32,000 bases of DNA. It comes from Candidatus Iainarchaeum sp. GTDB lineage: Archaea > Iainarchaeota > Iainarchaeia > Iainarchaeales > JAZDEL01. The translations under genes were made by a program, and so were the position numbers. Below the pieces are notes generated by a model. The model was not told the origin of the DNA and ran no database searches. It worked only from the letters and a program-made list of their open reading frames with translations. Numbering within the stretch: the first letter of the stretch is position 1; each line of letters opens with the position of its first letter. The stretch spans positions 1 to 32,000 of the forward strand of contig JAZDEL010000002.1 in assembly GCA_043808785.1 (NCBI GenBank), given 5' to 3'. Positions 13,452 to 21,947 of this stretch are shown in pieces.

Positions 13452-15335
13452 TTAGGCGCCGAGCGCCACAGCCTTAACCTTTTTAGTTCCCTCTACTTTC
13501 CCGCGTTTCATGCCGACGAGGTAGCCGACGCCTGACTCATCCGCCTTCGAAGCAAGGCGCTGCGTAACAATGCCGTCGAAAACAACAGCATGTACGCCCT
13601 TCTCGGTGCCGAGCTTCCCGATAAGTTCCTTGACATCGCATTCCCCGACTTGCTTCATCGCGCTGTCGAAGAGCCTTGCCTTGAAGCTTCCCGAAAGTTC
13701 CTTCATCACAGGAATGAACTGCGACTCTTCTTCCGCAGTGAGCCTCGGGCATGTTTCGCGCTTCTCGAATCCGCCTGCCCCTTCATCCCTGCCCCTTCCG
13801 AAGCTTGGGCGCGCTCCGCCCCTGCCCCTTCCTGGCCCGTCCCTTCCTGGGCCTGCCCTTGAACCGAATCCTCCGCGTTCACTGCGCCCTCCGAATCCGC
13901 CCTCCCTTCCGGAGCCGCGGCCGAAGCCCCCTCTCCTCGGGCCTGCCCTGCCCCCTCTTGGAGGCCCGCTGCGGGAACCGAAGCCCCTTGATGGGCTGCG
14001 CCTTTCCCTGCCGGAGTAAGCGGATTCTCCTGAAACCGCAGGCTTCTCCCCGCCGTTGCTCATGCTGTGCGCCTCCGCAACATCCTGAACATAGCCGGAG
14101 CTTTCTCCCGCACCCTTTGCGCCCGTGCCGTAATCATCGCGAGGCTCTCTCGGGGTGCCGTAGCCCCTGTCCCTGAAACCTCCCCTTGAGCCGAAGCCTC
14201 CTGCGCGCCTGTCAGGGTATCCTGAACTGCCGCGCATTCCGCCCCTGTCTCTTCCGGAATAGCCGCGCCCTGTCCCCGAAAAGCCCCTCCCTTCGGAACG
14301 CCCGCGCCTCGGTGCGTAATCGCCGCCACCTTCAGGAGTGCCCCTTCCGCCACCGCGGTAGCCGCGTTCGTCCCTGCCGCCGAAGCCTCCGCGTTCGTGG
14401 CGCCCTTCCCCTGCGGAATATCCGCCAGCGGAAACGCTCCTGATAATTGCTTCGCCAGAAACCTCGTGCCCCGTATCTGCAGTGATGTGTTCCCTCCCAT
14501 TGAAGCCGTGCCTGAAATCTTCCTCATCCGCGGGAACCCGCCTCTTGAGGGAAAGCAATATTTCTTTGCCTGTAAGCTCTTCCACTTCCTTCCCATCTGG
14601 CGCGCGCGCAACATATGCGACGCTCGCAATCTGCTTAAGCTTCCTCGCGTTCAGTTCCCCGCCCCTGTCGCCGTCCACAAACACGGTTAATTTCTTCCTC
14701 CTGCTTAATTGCACAACCACGGGGCTTATCTGCGAACCCCCCATTCCTATTGCGTTCTTTATACCGTTCTTCAGGAGGTTAAGCACGTCAGCCCTTCCCT
14801 CGACAACAATCAGCTCGTCGCTGTCGTCTATATCCGGGCCTGCAGGCACCTTGTCTTTTCCATACCCCACAATTTCAGCCTTGCGGGCGCTGCCCCTTAT
14901 CTCCTCAGTGAGTTCGTTGCTTTCTGGTATCTGCTCCTTCATCATCCTCTGCAGCAGCACCTTTGCGCGCTCCTTGATTATCTCGCGCTTCGCGCCCCTC
15001 ACATCCTCTATGTTCGTTATCTTGAACTCCGCATCGCACGGCCCCACCTTATCCACGGTTTCGATTCCCGCTGCAAGCGTGCTTGTCTGCACCATGTCCA
15101 TGCTGCTTGGGACAAGAATTTCGCCCTTTGTCCTGCCCATGCTGCTCTTTGAATTTATTTCAATCCTGCCGACCTTCCCGTTTTTCTGCAGTTCCTTGAG
15201 GTCCATCTCGTCCCCGAGCAGGCCCTCGCTCTGCCCGAAGATTGCGCCGATTATATCGGGCTTCTCCACAATGCCCGAAATAACGAAGTCTATATGTATC
15301 ATGTACTTGACCGTGTTCAAATAAGTTTTAGCCAT
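13452..15335 (-). CDS. dnaG: Archaeal DnaG (TOPRIM, exosome-associated) with a large internal RG/RGG-rich low-complexity insertion
   Basis: The N-terminal region is YMIHIDFVISGIVEKPDIIGAIFGQSEGLLG. The TOPRIM motifs are LIVVEGRADVLNLLKNGIKNAIGMGG and TVFVDGDRGGE. The C-terminal block is HAVVFDGIVTQRLASKADESGVGYLVG. A GGAGGA SD lies upstream. Residues about 296-525 are almost entirely G/R/S/F/E/P. Confidence 0.85.
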   Translation of the reverse strand: MAKTYLNTVKYMIHIDFVISGIVEKPDIIGAIFGQSEGLLGDEMDLKELQKNGKVGRIEINSKSSMGRTKGEILVPSSMDMVQTSTLAAGIETVDKVGPCDAEFKITNIEDVRGAKREIIKERAKVLLQRMMKEQIPESNELTEEIRGSARKAEIVGYGKDKVPAGPDIDDSDELIVVEGRADVLNLLKNGIKNAIGMGGSQISPVVVQLSRRKKLTVFVDGDRGGELNARKLKQIASVAYVARAPDGKEVEELTGKEILLSLKRRVPADEEDFRHGFNGREHITADTGHEVSGEAIIRSVSAGGYSAGEGRHERGGFGGRDERGYRGGGRGTPEGGGDYAPRRGRSEGRGFSGTGRGYSGRDRGGMRGSSGYPDRRAGGFGSRGGFRDRGYGTPREPRDDYGTGAKGAGESSGYVQDVAEAHSMSNGGEKPAVSGESAYSGRERRSPSRGFGSRSGPPRGGRAGPRRGGFGRGSGREGGFGGRSERGGFGSRAGPGRDGPGRGRGGARPSFGRGRDEGAGGFEKRETCPRLTAEEESQFIPVMKELSGSFKARLFDSAMKQVGECDVKELIGKLGTEKGVHAVVFDGIVTQRLASKADESGVGYLVGMKRGKVEGTKKVKAVALGA

Positions 15336-15432
15336 TCCAATTCCTCCTTTGGCCTTGCCTTTTTTTGGCTTTTTGTTTTCCTTTGCAGGCTTTATTTTTC
15401 ATTTGCCTGTCCTGTTTTCGCTTCTTGCAGAA

Positions 15433-15720
15433 TCAGGGCGCAGGGGAAATTTTCCCGGAGAGGATTTCGCGGAGTTCTTCCGCGCCCATGCCCTCTATGA
15501 AAACCTTTTTGGTTTTCGATTTCAGGCCGGAAACAATCCTTGCTTTCCTTCCGAGTTCCTTTTCAAGGGCCTTTAACAATTCCCTGTTCGCCTTCCCTTT
15601 TACAGGCATGGATTTGAGCGCGATTTTCAGTACCGCGCTGTGCGGGTCGTAACCCGAAATTCCCGCGCGCTTCGCGCGGGTTTTCACTTCCAAGCCTATC
15701 AAAAGGCCTTTTTCAAGCAT
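15433..15720 (-). CDS. DUF167/YggU-family protein (UPF0235)
   Basis: LKIALKSMPVKGKANRELLKALEKELGRKARIVSGLKSKTKKVFIEG matches the xPxxGKANxEL...G.xSRxK pattern of DUF167 proteins. Confidence 0.7.
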   Translation of the reverse strand: MLEKGLLIGLEVKTRAKRAGISGYDPHSAVLKIALKSMPVKGKANRELLKALEKELGRKARIVSGLKSKTKKVFIEGMGAEELREILSGKISPAP

Positions 15721-15944
15721 TTAAACCTAAACCAACATTTTTTGGTTCCGCGCCTTTGCGGGAACAAAAACCAAACCCGATTTTAACGGTTAAAATTTTG
15801 GTTCTTTTCGGTTCCAAGTCGTGCCGCGTTGCGGCATACCTGTGCCCTGATTCTGGAATATTGCTGGATGTGAGGGTATATTAATATATTGGTTCGGGCA
15901 ACCTTTTGTGGGTGCGGGTTCGGCTGCTGATGGGGGCAAAAAAA

Positions 15945-16382
15945 ATGACACGTTACCGCAAAGGCGCAGATGCCGAGCGCGAATTAATACACATGCTTTA
16001 TGATTTGGGCTTTTCGGTTGTTCGCGCAGCAGGCAGCGGAGCCACAGCCCTCCCCGCGCCCGATTTAATCGCAATGCGCGCGGGGCGTTGCATAGCATTC
16101 GAAAGCAAAGCCTGGGACGCCGCATATCTCAATATCCCGAACGACCAGATGAACGAGTTAAAAGGTTGGTGCTCCCGCGCCGGCGCGGAATTGGTTGTTG
16201 CGTGGAAAATCCCGCGCGCAGGCTGGCTCTTCCTGAAGGCGGAGGATTTTGTCGACACAGGCAGGAACCACGCAATCACGCGCAGGAACGCGGAATCAAA
16301 GGCTGTTGCGCTCTCCGTGCTTGCAGGGCACCAGTCGAGGCTTGATTTGGTTAAGCCGCTGAGGAGGGCAGATGGCAAATGA
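15945..16382 (+). CDS. hjc: Holliday junction resolvase Hjc
   Basis: The supplied ORF is trimmed to the ATG at 15945 (MTRYRKGADAERELIHMLYDLGFSVVRAAGSG...PDLIAMRAGRCIAFESKAW). This is the KG..ERE...GF.V.R...S..PD..A....IE.K nuclease motif pattern of Hjc. Confidence 0.85.
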   Translation: MTRYRKGADAERELIHMLYDLGFSVVRAAGSGATALPAPDLIAMRAGRCIAFESKAWDAAYLNIPNDQMNELKGWCSRAGAELVVAWKIPRAGWLFLKAEDFVDTGRNHAITRRNAESKAVALSVLAGHQSRLDLVKPLRRADGK

Positions 16383-16528
16383 ATGCGCGCAATTCAAAAA
16401 AAGAACTTGCAAAAGCAGCCCTAGCGCGGCAGTCCGCGCTGATGGAAAAGGGCATTGGTCCAGGTATAAAAAAATTCAGGAGGGAGGACGCTTATAAGGA
16501 GCGCCTTAAGGGGTTAATGTCCCCTTAA
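16379..16528 (+). CDS. Possible 49-aa basic small protein translationally coupled to hjc
   Basis: Its ATG overlaps the hjc TGA (ATGA at 16379-16382). The product is MNARNSKKELAKAALARQSALMEKGIGPGIKKFRREDAYKERLKGLMSP*. It is below the ORF-track cut-off and no homology was recognised. Confidence 0.35.
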   Translation: MNARNSKKELAKAALARQSALMEKGIGPGIKKFRREDAYKERLKGLMSP

Positions 16529-16670
16529 AACACCTCAAAACCCATGTTTCCTGCGGTTATGGCTGTGTTTGCCCTTACAGGAAATCCGCCCAAAGAACGT
16601 TTAAAAACCCCTCGCAGCCCTATTTTATTATAGGGGCTTTCAGCCCCGCGCTTTCTGGAAGTGCGTCAAA

Positions 16671-16820
16671 ATGATAGAACTCGAAACCCTGATGAACGAC
16701 CTTAACAGGCTCTACACAAAGGAGAAGGGCATGAGGAAGCGCATCTACCTCGAGCAGGCTCTCGCCTCCCTGAAGCAGTACGAAAAGCAGATTGCGCTGG
16801 ACGAGACGAGGAAGCTGTAA
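16671..16820 (+). CDS. Possible 49-aa helical small protein upstream of the wHTH regulator
   Basis: The product is MIELETLMNDLNRLYTKEKGMRKRIYLEQALASLKQYEKQIALDETRKL*. The A/T box ctattttattatagg lies about 40 nt upstream. Its stop abuts the next ORF at 16821. Confidence 0.35.
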   Translation: MIELETLMNDLNRLYTKEKGMRKRIYLEQALASLKQYEKQIALDETRKL

Positions 16821-16847
16821 TTGCCGGATAAGGTAAAAGTGGCAATT

Positions 16848-17189
16848 ATGAAACCCAAAAAATCACTCTTTACTGGTTTCTTTGGTAACTGCCCCAAGAT
16901 AAGGGTCCTCGACTTCCTCATAGAGCAGGACGCATTCGACTACCCGAAAAAGGAAATCTGCAGGCAGGCGGACGTTTCATGGAACACGCTCGAAACCTTC
17001 TGGCCGCGCCTCGAAAGCAGCGGAATAGTGGCGCGCACGCGCAAGGTCGGGAAGGCGGAACTCTATAAACTGAACCTCAAGCACCCTGTTGTGAAGCAGT
17101 TGATTGAACTGGACAACAAACTGATGAAGCAGGCGATGGATGCCGCAGCACCCGAGCGCGAAATGCTGAAAGTTGTTGCGCGGGGATAG
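16848..17189 (+). CDS. Winged helix-turn-helix transcriptional regulator
   Basis: KIRVLDFLIEQDAFDYPKKEICRQADVSWNTLETFWPRLESSGIVARTRKVGKAELYKLN has the layout of a small archaeal wHTH (helix-turn-helix followed by a beta wing). The start could instead be the TTG at 16821. Confidence 0.65.
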   Translation: MKPKKSLFTGFFGNCPKIRVLDFLIEQDAFDYPKKEICRQADVSWNTLETFWPRLESSGIVARTRKVGKAELYKLNLKHPVVKQLIELDNKLMKQAMDAAAPEREMLKVVARG

Positions 17190-17198
17190 AGGCGCGCT

Positions 17199-17804
17199 TC
17201 AGTGCGGCTTCTTAGGGCGAACCATTGGCGAGTTTGCACTTCTTTTTCTCCATTTCCTGAAATTTATGAGTGCAGGCGTAATCTCGCCGGACTGCATTGA
17301 TGCCCCTTTGACGATATGCACGATGCAGTTGCTGCCTGCATCTTCCAGCAGTTTCTTGATGTTTTGTGCGCCAGTATCTACGCACCCCGGGCCTGTATGG
17401 TCGCCCATCGCACAAATAAAAACATTCCTGTCAAATTTGAATCTGGATAACCCCCTTTTGCCGACCCCACTCAGCCCGGCATCCGCCTCGACAGAAAAAT
17501 AGCCGAGCGAAGGGGGAAGTATGGCAAGCCTGTCGCCCAACTTCTTCTTTGCAAAAACGATAAACCGTTTGTAATTATTTTTCAGTTCTTTGTTCTGCAT
17601 TATTTTACTGCCTGGCGCGATTAATACTGCTATTGCATTTTTTTCGTTTTCGAACCCAAGAATATGTCTCCCAAACAAATCAAACCTGTTCTTTACGAAT
17701 AGGCGTTCCGCGGCATTTAATTTTCTATCGTCTTTCCGAACTTCACCAATGCTAAACAGAGGATGTACAATTGCGTAAATCCACTTAATCTGTTCGGCAG
17801 CCAT
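17199..17804 (-). CDS. Hypothetical protein (about 201 aa)
   Basis: The supplied ORF is trimmed to the ATG at 17804 (MAAEQIKWIY...), 13 nt after the upstream stop. No family was recognised. It contains CAMGDHTGPGCVDTGAQ. Confidence 0.5.
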   Translation of the reverse strand: MAAEQIKWIYAIVHPLFSIGEVRKDDRKLNAAERLFVKNRFDLFGRHILGFENEKNAIAVLIAPGSKIMQNKELKNNYKRFIVFAKKKLGDRLAILPPSLGYFSVEADAGLSGVGKRGLSRFKFDRNVFICAMGDHTGPGCVDTGAQNIKKLLEDAGSNCIVHIVKGASMQSGEITPALINFRKWRKRSANSPMVRPKKPH

Positions 17805-17817
17805 CAGTAGCCCGCCT

Positions 17818-18477
17818 TCATATAACCGTCGCCACAAACAGCAGCGTTATCCCCACGAGCGCCATCACAACTGTTATTATTATGCTGTCAATCGTGACCG
17901 CGCCGCCGAAACTGCCGAAAAACAGGTAGAAGTCAGCGGCGAGGAAAACAAATCCCGCGAAAAGAAGCGCAAGCGCGACAAGCCTGTTCCTTCCCCCCAC
18001 GCCCTTCACTTTTATCTCATCCATGTCCACCTGAACCTTCTGCACAGCCTCCCCTAAATTGTTCAATTGCTCCCTTACGCGGTCGCTTAATTCAGCCACG
18101 CGCCGAACGTTCTCGTTAATCATCTCCTGAAACGTCTTGCTCTGCCCGGTGATGTCCTTCTCATATTTCTTCAAATCCGCCATCACCGCTGCCTCAACCT
18201 TCTCCTTGCTCCCCGCAACGCTCTTCTCAACGGTTTTTGAAATGTAATCCTCCAGCGCGGGCTTCTGCTTCTCCAAATCAGCAGCTACAATTTTCGAAAT
18301 CTCGCCCCTGAGTAAGGCAAATGTATCGGCTTGGCCAAGGAGCAATAACCTCTTGGCTTTGTCCGGCTCCACGCCCAAATCCTTGAGCGTCTGTACAATC
18401 TTCTCCTCGCTCTCCCCTTCCTCCACCATCTTCTGGATGATGTCGATTATTCCCGCTTCGCCCATCTGTTTCGGCAT
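17818..18477 (-). CDS. Coiled-coil protein with C-terminal transmembrane helices
   Basis: A long charged helical region is followed by LVALALLFAGFVFLAADFYLFFG and IIITVVMALVGITLLFVATVI. Confidence 0.55.
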   Translation of the reverse strand: MPKQMGEAGIIDIIQKMVEEGESEEKIVQTLKDLGVEPDKAKRLLLLGQADTFALLRGEISKIVAADLEKQKPALEDYISKTVEKSVAGSKEKVEAAVMADLKKYEKDITGQSKTFQEMINENVRRVAELSDRVREQLNNLGEAVQKVQVDMDEIKVKGVGGRNRLVALALLFAGFVFLAADFYLFFGSFGGAVTIDSIIITVVMALVGITLLFVATVI

Positions 18478-18571
18478 TCAAAAGCACCTCATTTCCCCAA
18501 GCATTCCCGCAAACGCCCCCAGTTTTCCCCGCCTCTCCATCTCCTGTTTCTGCCCCAAATTTCCGGCGCCC

Positions 18572-19240
18572 CTATTCAAGCACCTCTATTTCCCTCTCGA
18601 TTTCCTTGCTAATACTTCCCGCTTTGATATTAAAATAGATTGTGGTTGGCCCCGCCTTTGCGGAGGTAAGGGAATACTGCAGTTCCTTGCAGCCGCCCGC
18701 GGGGACAGAGGTGGTTTTCCCCTCCCCTTCCGAGCCGAAAACCGAGGCATCGTGCCTTTCCTGAACCACGAAATCCAGCGTTTTCGTGCCGTGGTTGCAT
18801 AGTTTCAGCGAAAAAGAAAATTCAACCCCCGCATAAACCTTCGTGGGGAAAATCACGTCATATCCGATTTCAGGCGCCCCCACGGTGGAAACAACTATTT
18901 TTTTAACAAACGTCTGGTGGAACGGCGCTTCAATTATAATCTCCTTCTCTCCCGCTGTTCCGAAGAAATCATAACCCCCGATTTCGGTACGCGCGCCTGG
19001 CGCAAGTTCCGCAATCCCGGCAAGTTCCTTTGGTTCCCCTCCCTCACGCACGCTCACGGTTATGTCCCTTATCAGGTGCGAACCCGTGTTCACAACATAA
19101 ACCGCCCTTGCCCCGCCCTCTCCGGTTTCCTCCGCCCCAAGCCCTGCGTTGAAAAACAAAAGGTAAAGCAGCGCGACAATAAGCACGGCATAAATAACCG
19201 CGAAGAAATAAATCACGCGCCTCTTCTTTGCGGGAATCAT
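18572..19240 (-). CDS. N-terminally anchored protein with two CARDB-like beta-sandwich modules
   Basis: The TM helix is VIYFFAVIYAVLIVALLYLLFF. Two segments of CARDB style follow: VYVVNTGSHLIRDITVSV...LAPGARTEI and FSLKLCNHGTKTLDFVV...VPAGGCKELQYSL. Confidence 0.55.
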   Translation of the reverse strand: MIPAKKRRVIYFFAVIYAVLIVALLYLLFFNAGLGAEETGEGGARAVYVVNTGSHLIRDITVSVREGGEPKELAGIAELAPGARTEIGGYDFFGTAGEKEIIIEAPFHQTFVKKIVVSTVGAPEIGYDVIFPTKVYAGVEFSFSLKLCNHGTKTLDFVVQERHDASVFGSEGEGKTTSVPAGGCKELQYSLTSAKAGPTTIYFNIKAGSISKEIEREIEVLE

Positions 19241-19330
19241 GCTATTAGAACGGTTTTGGGTTATTTAAACCTTTATTTTTAGCCCGCCCCTTCCGCTGTG
19301 CGCATTAAGCCTTTATTTCCCCGCGCGCAC

Positions 19331-20158
19331 CTAAACCTTTATCTTTCCCCTCTGCCAGTCGGCAATTATCATGCGCGACATAGTTTCAATATCAGGTTCC
19401 CCGCCCTTCACAAGGCGGTTCCTCGCCACGGCGATTTTCTCTATTGTTTCGTAAGGGTCCGCGCCCTCGGCAATTTCAAGCCCGTAACACCCTGCAAGCC
19501 CCTTCCTGTTGTGCTCGAGCAGGTATTTCACAATTCTTTCGGCAGCGGCAACCCTGTCCTTCAATTGGTTCGGGCTCAGCGCATTCAAAAGAACCAAATC
19601 CTGCCACGGCTTTCCCCTGAACGAAACCACGCCCGGCGTGTCTATAATCAGCACGCCCTCATTCACCCTTATGAACTGCTCCCCGCGAGTGAACGCGGCC
19701 TGCGCCGATGTCCTTGCACTCCCCCTTCCCGAAAGGTAATTTATCAGCGAACTCTTGCCCGTGTTCGGATACCCGAACGCCCCTATAATCAGCCCGCGCT
19801 GCGAAACCCTGTGCTGCATCTTCCTGCCCAGTTCCTTTTCCGCTGTGGAAATAGCCCTTTTGAGTTCGTTCTTCCCCGTGCGCTCGGTGCACGAGACAGG
19901 CACAACAACAAACCCCTTCCTCCGCAGTTTCAGCCTCAGCGCCTTCAGTGCCTGCCCTGAAATTAATTCCGCCTTGTTCAGCACGACTATGAGCCCCTTG
20001 CCCATCCACTGCACCTTCTTCTCGAGCATGAAATTGCGCGTTTCCTGCGCAAACCTTGCATCAAGCACTTCAAGCAGTATGTCGCTCTTCCTTATGACGC
20101 GCAGCACGCGCTTCTCGAATTTCCTGTCCTTCATTTTTTTGTCCTTTGTTTCCTTCAT
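19331..20158 (-). CDS. Circularly permuted GTPase (YlqF/RbgA-like ribosome-biogenesis GTPase family)
   Basis: The motif order is G4 (VLNKAEL), then G1 (GYPNTGKSSLIN), then G3 (IIDTPGV). This order is diagnostic of cpGTPases. Confidence 0.75.
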   Translation of the reverse strand: MKETKDKKMKDRKFEKRVLRVIRKSDILLEVLDARFAQETRNFMLEKKVQWMGKGLIVVLNKAELISGQALKALRLKLRRKGFVVVPVSCTERTGKNELKRAISTAEKELGRKMQHRVSQRGLIIGAFGYPNTGKSSLINYLSGRGSARTSAQAAFTRGEQFIRVNEGVLIIDTPGVVSFRGKPWQDLVLLNALSPNQLKDRVAAAERIVKYLLEHNRKGLAGCYGLEIAEGADPYETIEKIAVARNRLVKGGEPDIETMSRMIIADWQRGKIKV

Positions 20159-20216
20159 GTTTTACCGCCTTTTTGGTTTTTCCTGCTGTTCGCCCGCTCC
20201 GCCATTTGCCCCTCCC

Positions 20217-20759
20217 TCAGTCTGAGGCCCATCTCCAAAGTATCAAGAAAATTAAATTGTGCCCCTCCCCGACCATTTCCTCCATAAGGCTGAGCAAAGT
20301 TTCCTGTTTCTCCTTTTCCTTGCCTGCGATGGCTTTCATGAACTTCTCAGCCTCCCACGTGGCAACATTCCCCCTGCCGAACTTATTCCTCGCATTTCCG
20401 AACATCCTGATGAACTTGCCCTTCAGCTTACGGTCCATTGCGGCTGTTTTCTCTATCCTCCTCCTGAGTGGCACATTGTCAAGCTCTTCAGCATATATTC
20501 CGTGAATGTAGTTCGTTGCTCCCCTGTACGGCACTCCGCCAGTGTGCGTTGGCGCAAATCCCCTGCTCCTGGCCCACTTGCTTATCTCACCACGCTCCTT
20601 CTTCGTTATTTTTGAAAGTGCTATGTTCCTTATGTTGGGTCCCCCGCCACTCTCAACAAATGCCGCCTTCCTGCCAGTAACTGCCTTCTTCCTGAGTTCT
20701 CTCAGCATCGCCAGCCTTTCCACAAACTTCGGGTTTCCGCGCCTGTGCATTTTATTCAC
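20217..20759 (-). CDS. Basic protein, short member of the local multi-HTH paralog family
   Basis: Its GTG start overlaps the upstream TGA (GTGA); an alternative ATG lies at 20750. It shares the block F(I/L)(R/K)MFG(N/S)A(R/K)xKFG with ORF 20756-21664. Confidence 0.55.
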   Translation of the reverse strand: MNKMHRRGNPKFVERLAMLRELRKKAVTGRKAAFVESGGGPNIRNIALSKITKKERGEISKWARSRGFAPTHTGGVPYRGATNYIHGIYAEELDNVPLRRRIEKTAAMDRKLKGKFIRMFGNARNKFGRGNVATWEAEKFMKAIAGKEKEKQETLLSLMEEMVGEGHNLIFLILWRWASD

Positions 20760-21664
20760 CTTTTATCCGCGCTCCGCCCGTATTCCCGCGCTATTTCTAT
20801 TCCTGTGTTGAAAGCCCTAAAAAAGCCGTCCCTATTCCCGGCATCAACATAGCCCCGCATCCTTTTCAGGAAATCCTCCATCCTGCCCCCGCTGTTATGC
20901 AAAGCCACGATAAGGTCGGTTACCTCGCTGTCGCTTATTTTCGCGCCCCCAAACTTCCTCTTCGCGCTCCCGAACATTTTCAGGTATTCGCCAAGCAGCC
21001 GCTTATTCATGCCGGTTTCTTTTGAAAGCCACCCAATTATTCCCAGCCTTTCCAAATGGTGCTTAAGGTGCCGCCTCCTGAGCGATTTGCTTATTTCGCG
21101 CAGGTATTCTTCCTTATGCTTAAGCAGTTCCCCCCTGTCAAGCGCAAAAAATACCTTCGGCACTTTATTGCCCATAATTCTCACTGCCGGCGCGCTGCCT
21201 TCCTTGTCATTTGCCCAGATATTTACCGAACCCTCCGAAACGCCCAGCGTATCAGCCACTTTTTTTGCGCCCAGATAGTTCCCTTTTATGTAATTCTCCA
21301 TGACAATTTTTTCAATGATTCCTTTCAGTTCTTCAAGAGGCAGCCCCACAACCGCCAATTTCCCCCCGCGATTCATGCGCCTCCACGGGAGCTTACTCAC
21401 CTCTTTATGGAGCCAGGTGTTCCTCGATATATTATATCTGCTGTAGAAATCCAGCTTGCTGACATGTTTTGTGCTGTCGAATATTTCAAATGAATCCCTC
21501 CGCTTTTTCAGAAGCGCCAGCTGTTCATCGCTTATCGGGCTCTTGAACCCGGCATTTTTTATGATGTGTTTGGCCATCGAATCGCTTACCCCAAGAGTGA
21601 GCCCGACCTTGCCCGGGCCGTGGTGCGGTCCATGCCGTGCGTTGGGGCGCATTTTTCCCGCCAT
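20756..21664 (-). CDS. Basic multi-helix-turn-helix protein, paralog family member (302 aa)
   Basis: HTH-like segments are LTLGVSDSMAKHIIKNAG and AKKVADTLGVSEGSVNIWAN. The module KLDFYSRYNISRNTWLHKEVSKLPWRRMNRGGKLAVVGLP aligns with TDFINELGIRLGKYATGFKAWRIGKIKWEKRVNEQGMVINALP of ORF 21948-23510. Confidence 0.6.
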   Translation of the reverse strand: MAGKMRPNARHGPHHGPGKVGLTLGVSDSMAKHIIKNAGFKSPISDEQLALLKKRRDSFEIFDSTKHVSKLDFYSRYNISRNTWLHKEVSKLPWRRMNRGGKLAVVGLPLEELKGIIEKIVMENYIKGNYLGAKKVADTLGVSEGSVNIWANDKEGSAPAVRIMGNKVPKVFFALDRGELLKHKEEYLREISKSLRRRHLKHHLERLGIIGWLSKETGMNKRLLGEYLKMFGSAKRKFGGAKISDSEVTDLIVALHNSGGRMEDFLKRMRGYVDAGNRDGFFRAFNTGIEIAREYGRSADKR

Positions 21665-21673
21665 TTTCCCACC

Positions 21674-21907
21674 TTACTTCGCAGCCCCCTTCATTGCCTC
21701 AAACCCCGCCCTTGCGAGGTAAAACCCGCCGAACACCAGAATCGCGACAACGCCAAGCACGCCCCACACGCTGTACTGCGAAAAAAGCCTGTCAATCGTG
21801 AACACGCCCTGAAACTGCGCAAGCCATCCCGCAAGCCCGAGGCTGAGCGCGAAAGCAAGAACGCCGATGAGCAAAACAATGGCGCTGTTTATCCAGTTCA
21901 GTTCCAT
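21674..21907 (-). CDS. Small membrane protein with two TM helices
   Basis: The hydrophobic helices are INSAIVLLIGVLAFALSLGLAGWL and VWGVLGVVAILVFGGFYL. It is tightly packed between the paralogs. Confidence 0.5.
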   Translation of the reverse strand: MELNWINSAIVLLIGVLAFALSLGLAGWLAQFQGVFTIDRLFSQYSVWGVLGVVAILVFGGFYLARAGFEAMKGAAK

Positions 21908-21947
21908 GTTGATTAATTGGCGCGAACTTTAATTTATTGGTTTGCTT

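Noticed and set aside
14482-15324. 280-aa + strand ORF, and several others at 13570-14690, antisense to dnaG
   Set aside because: They lie opposite clearly conserved TOPRIM and RGG-coding sequence. Ser/Pro/Leu-rich products are typical of the antisense frame of GC-rich genes.
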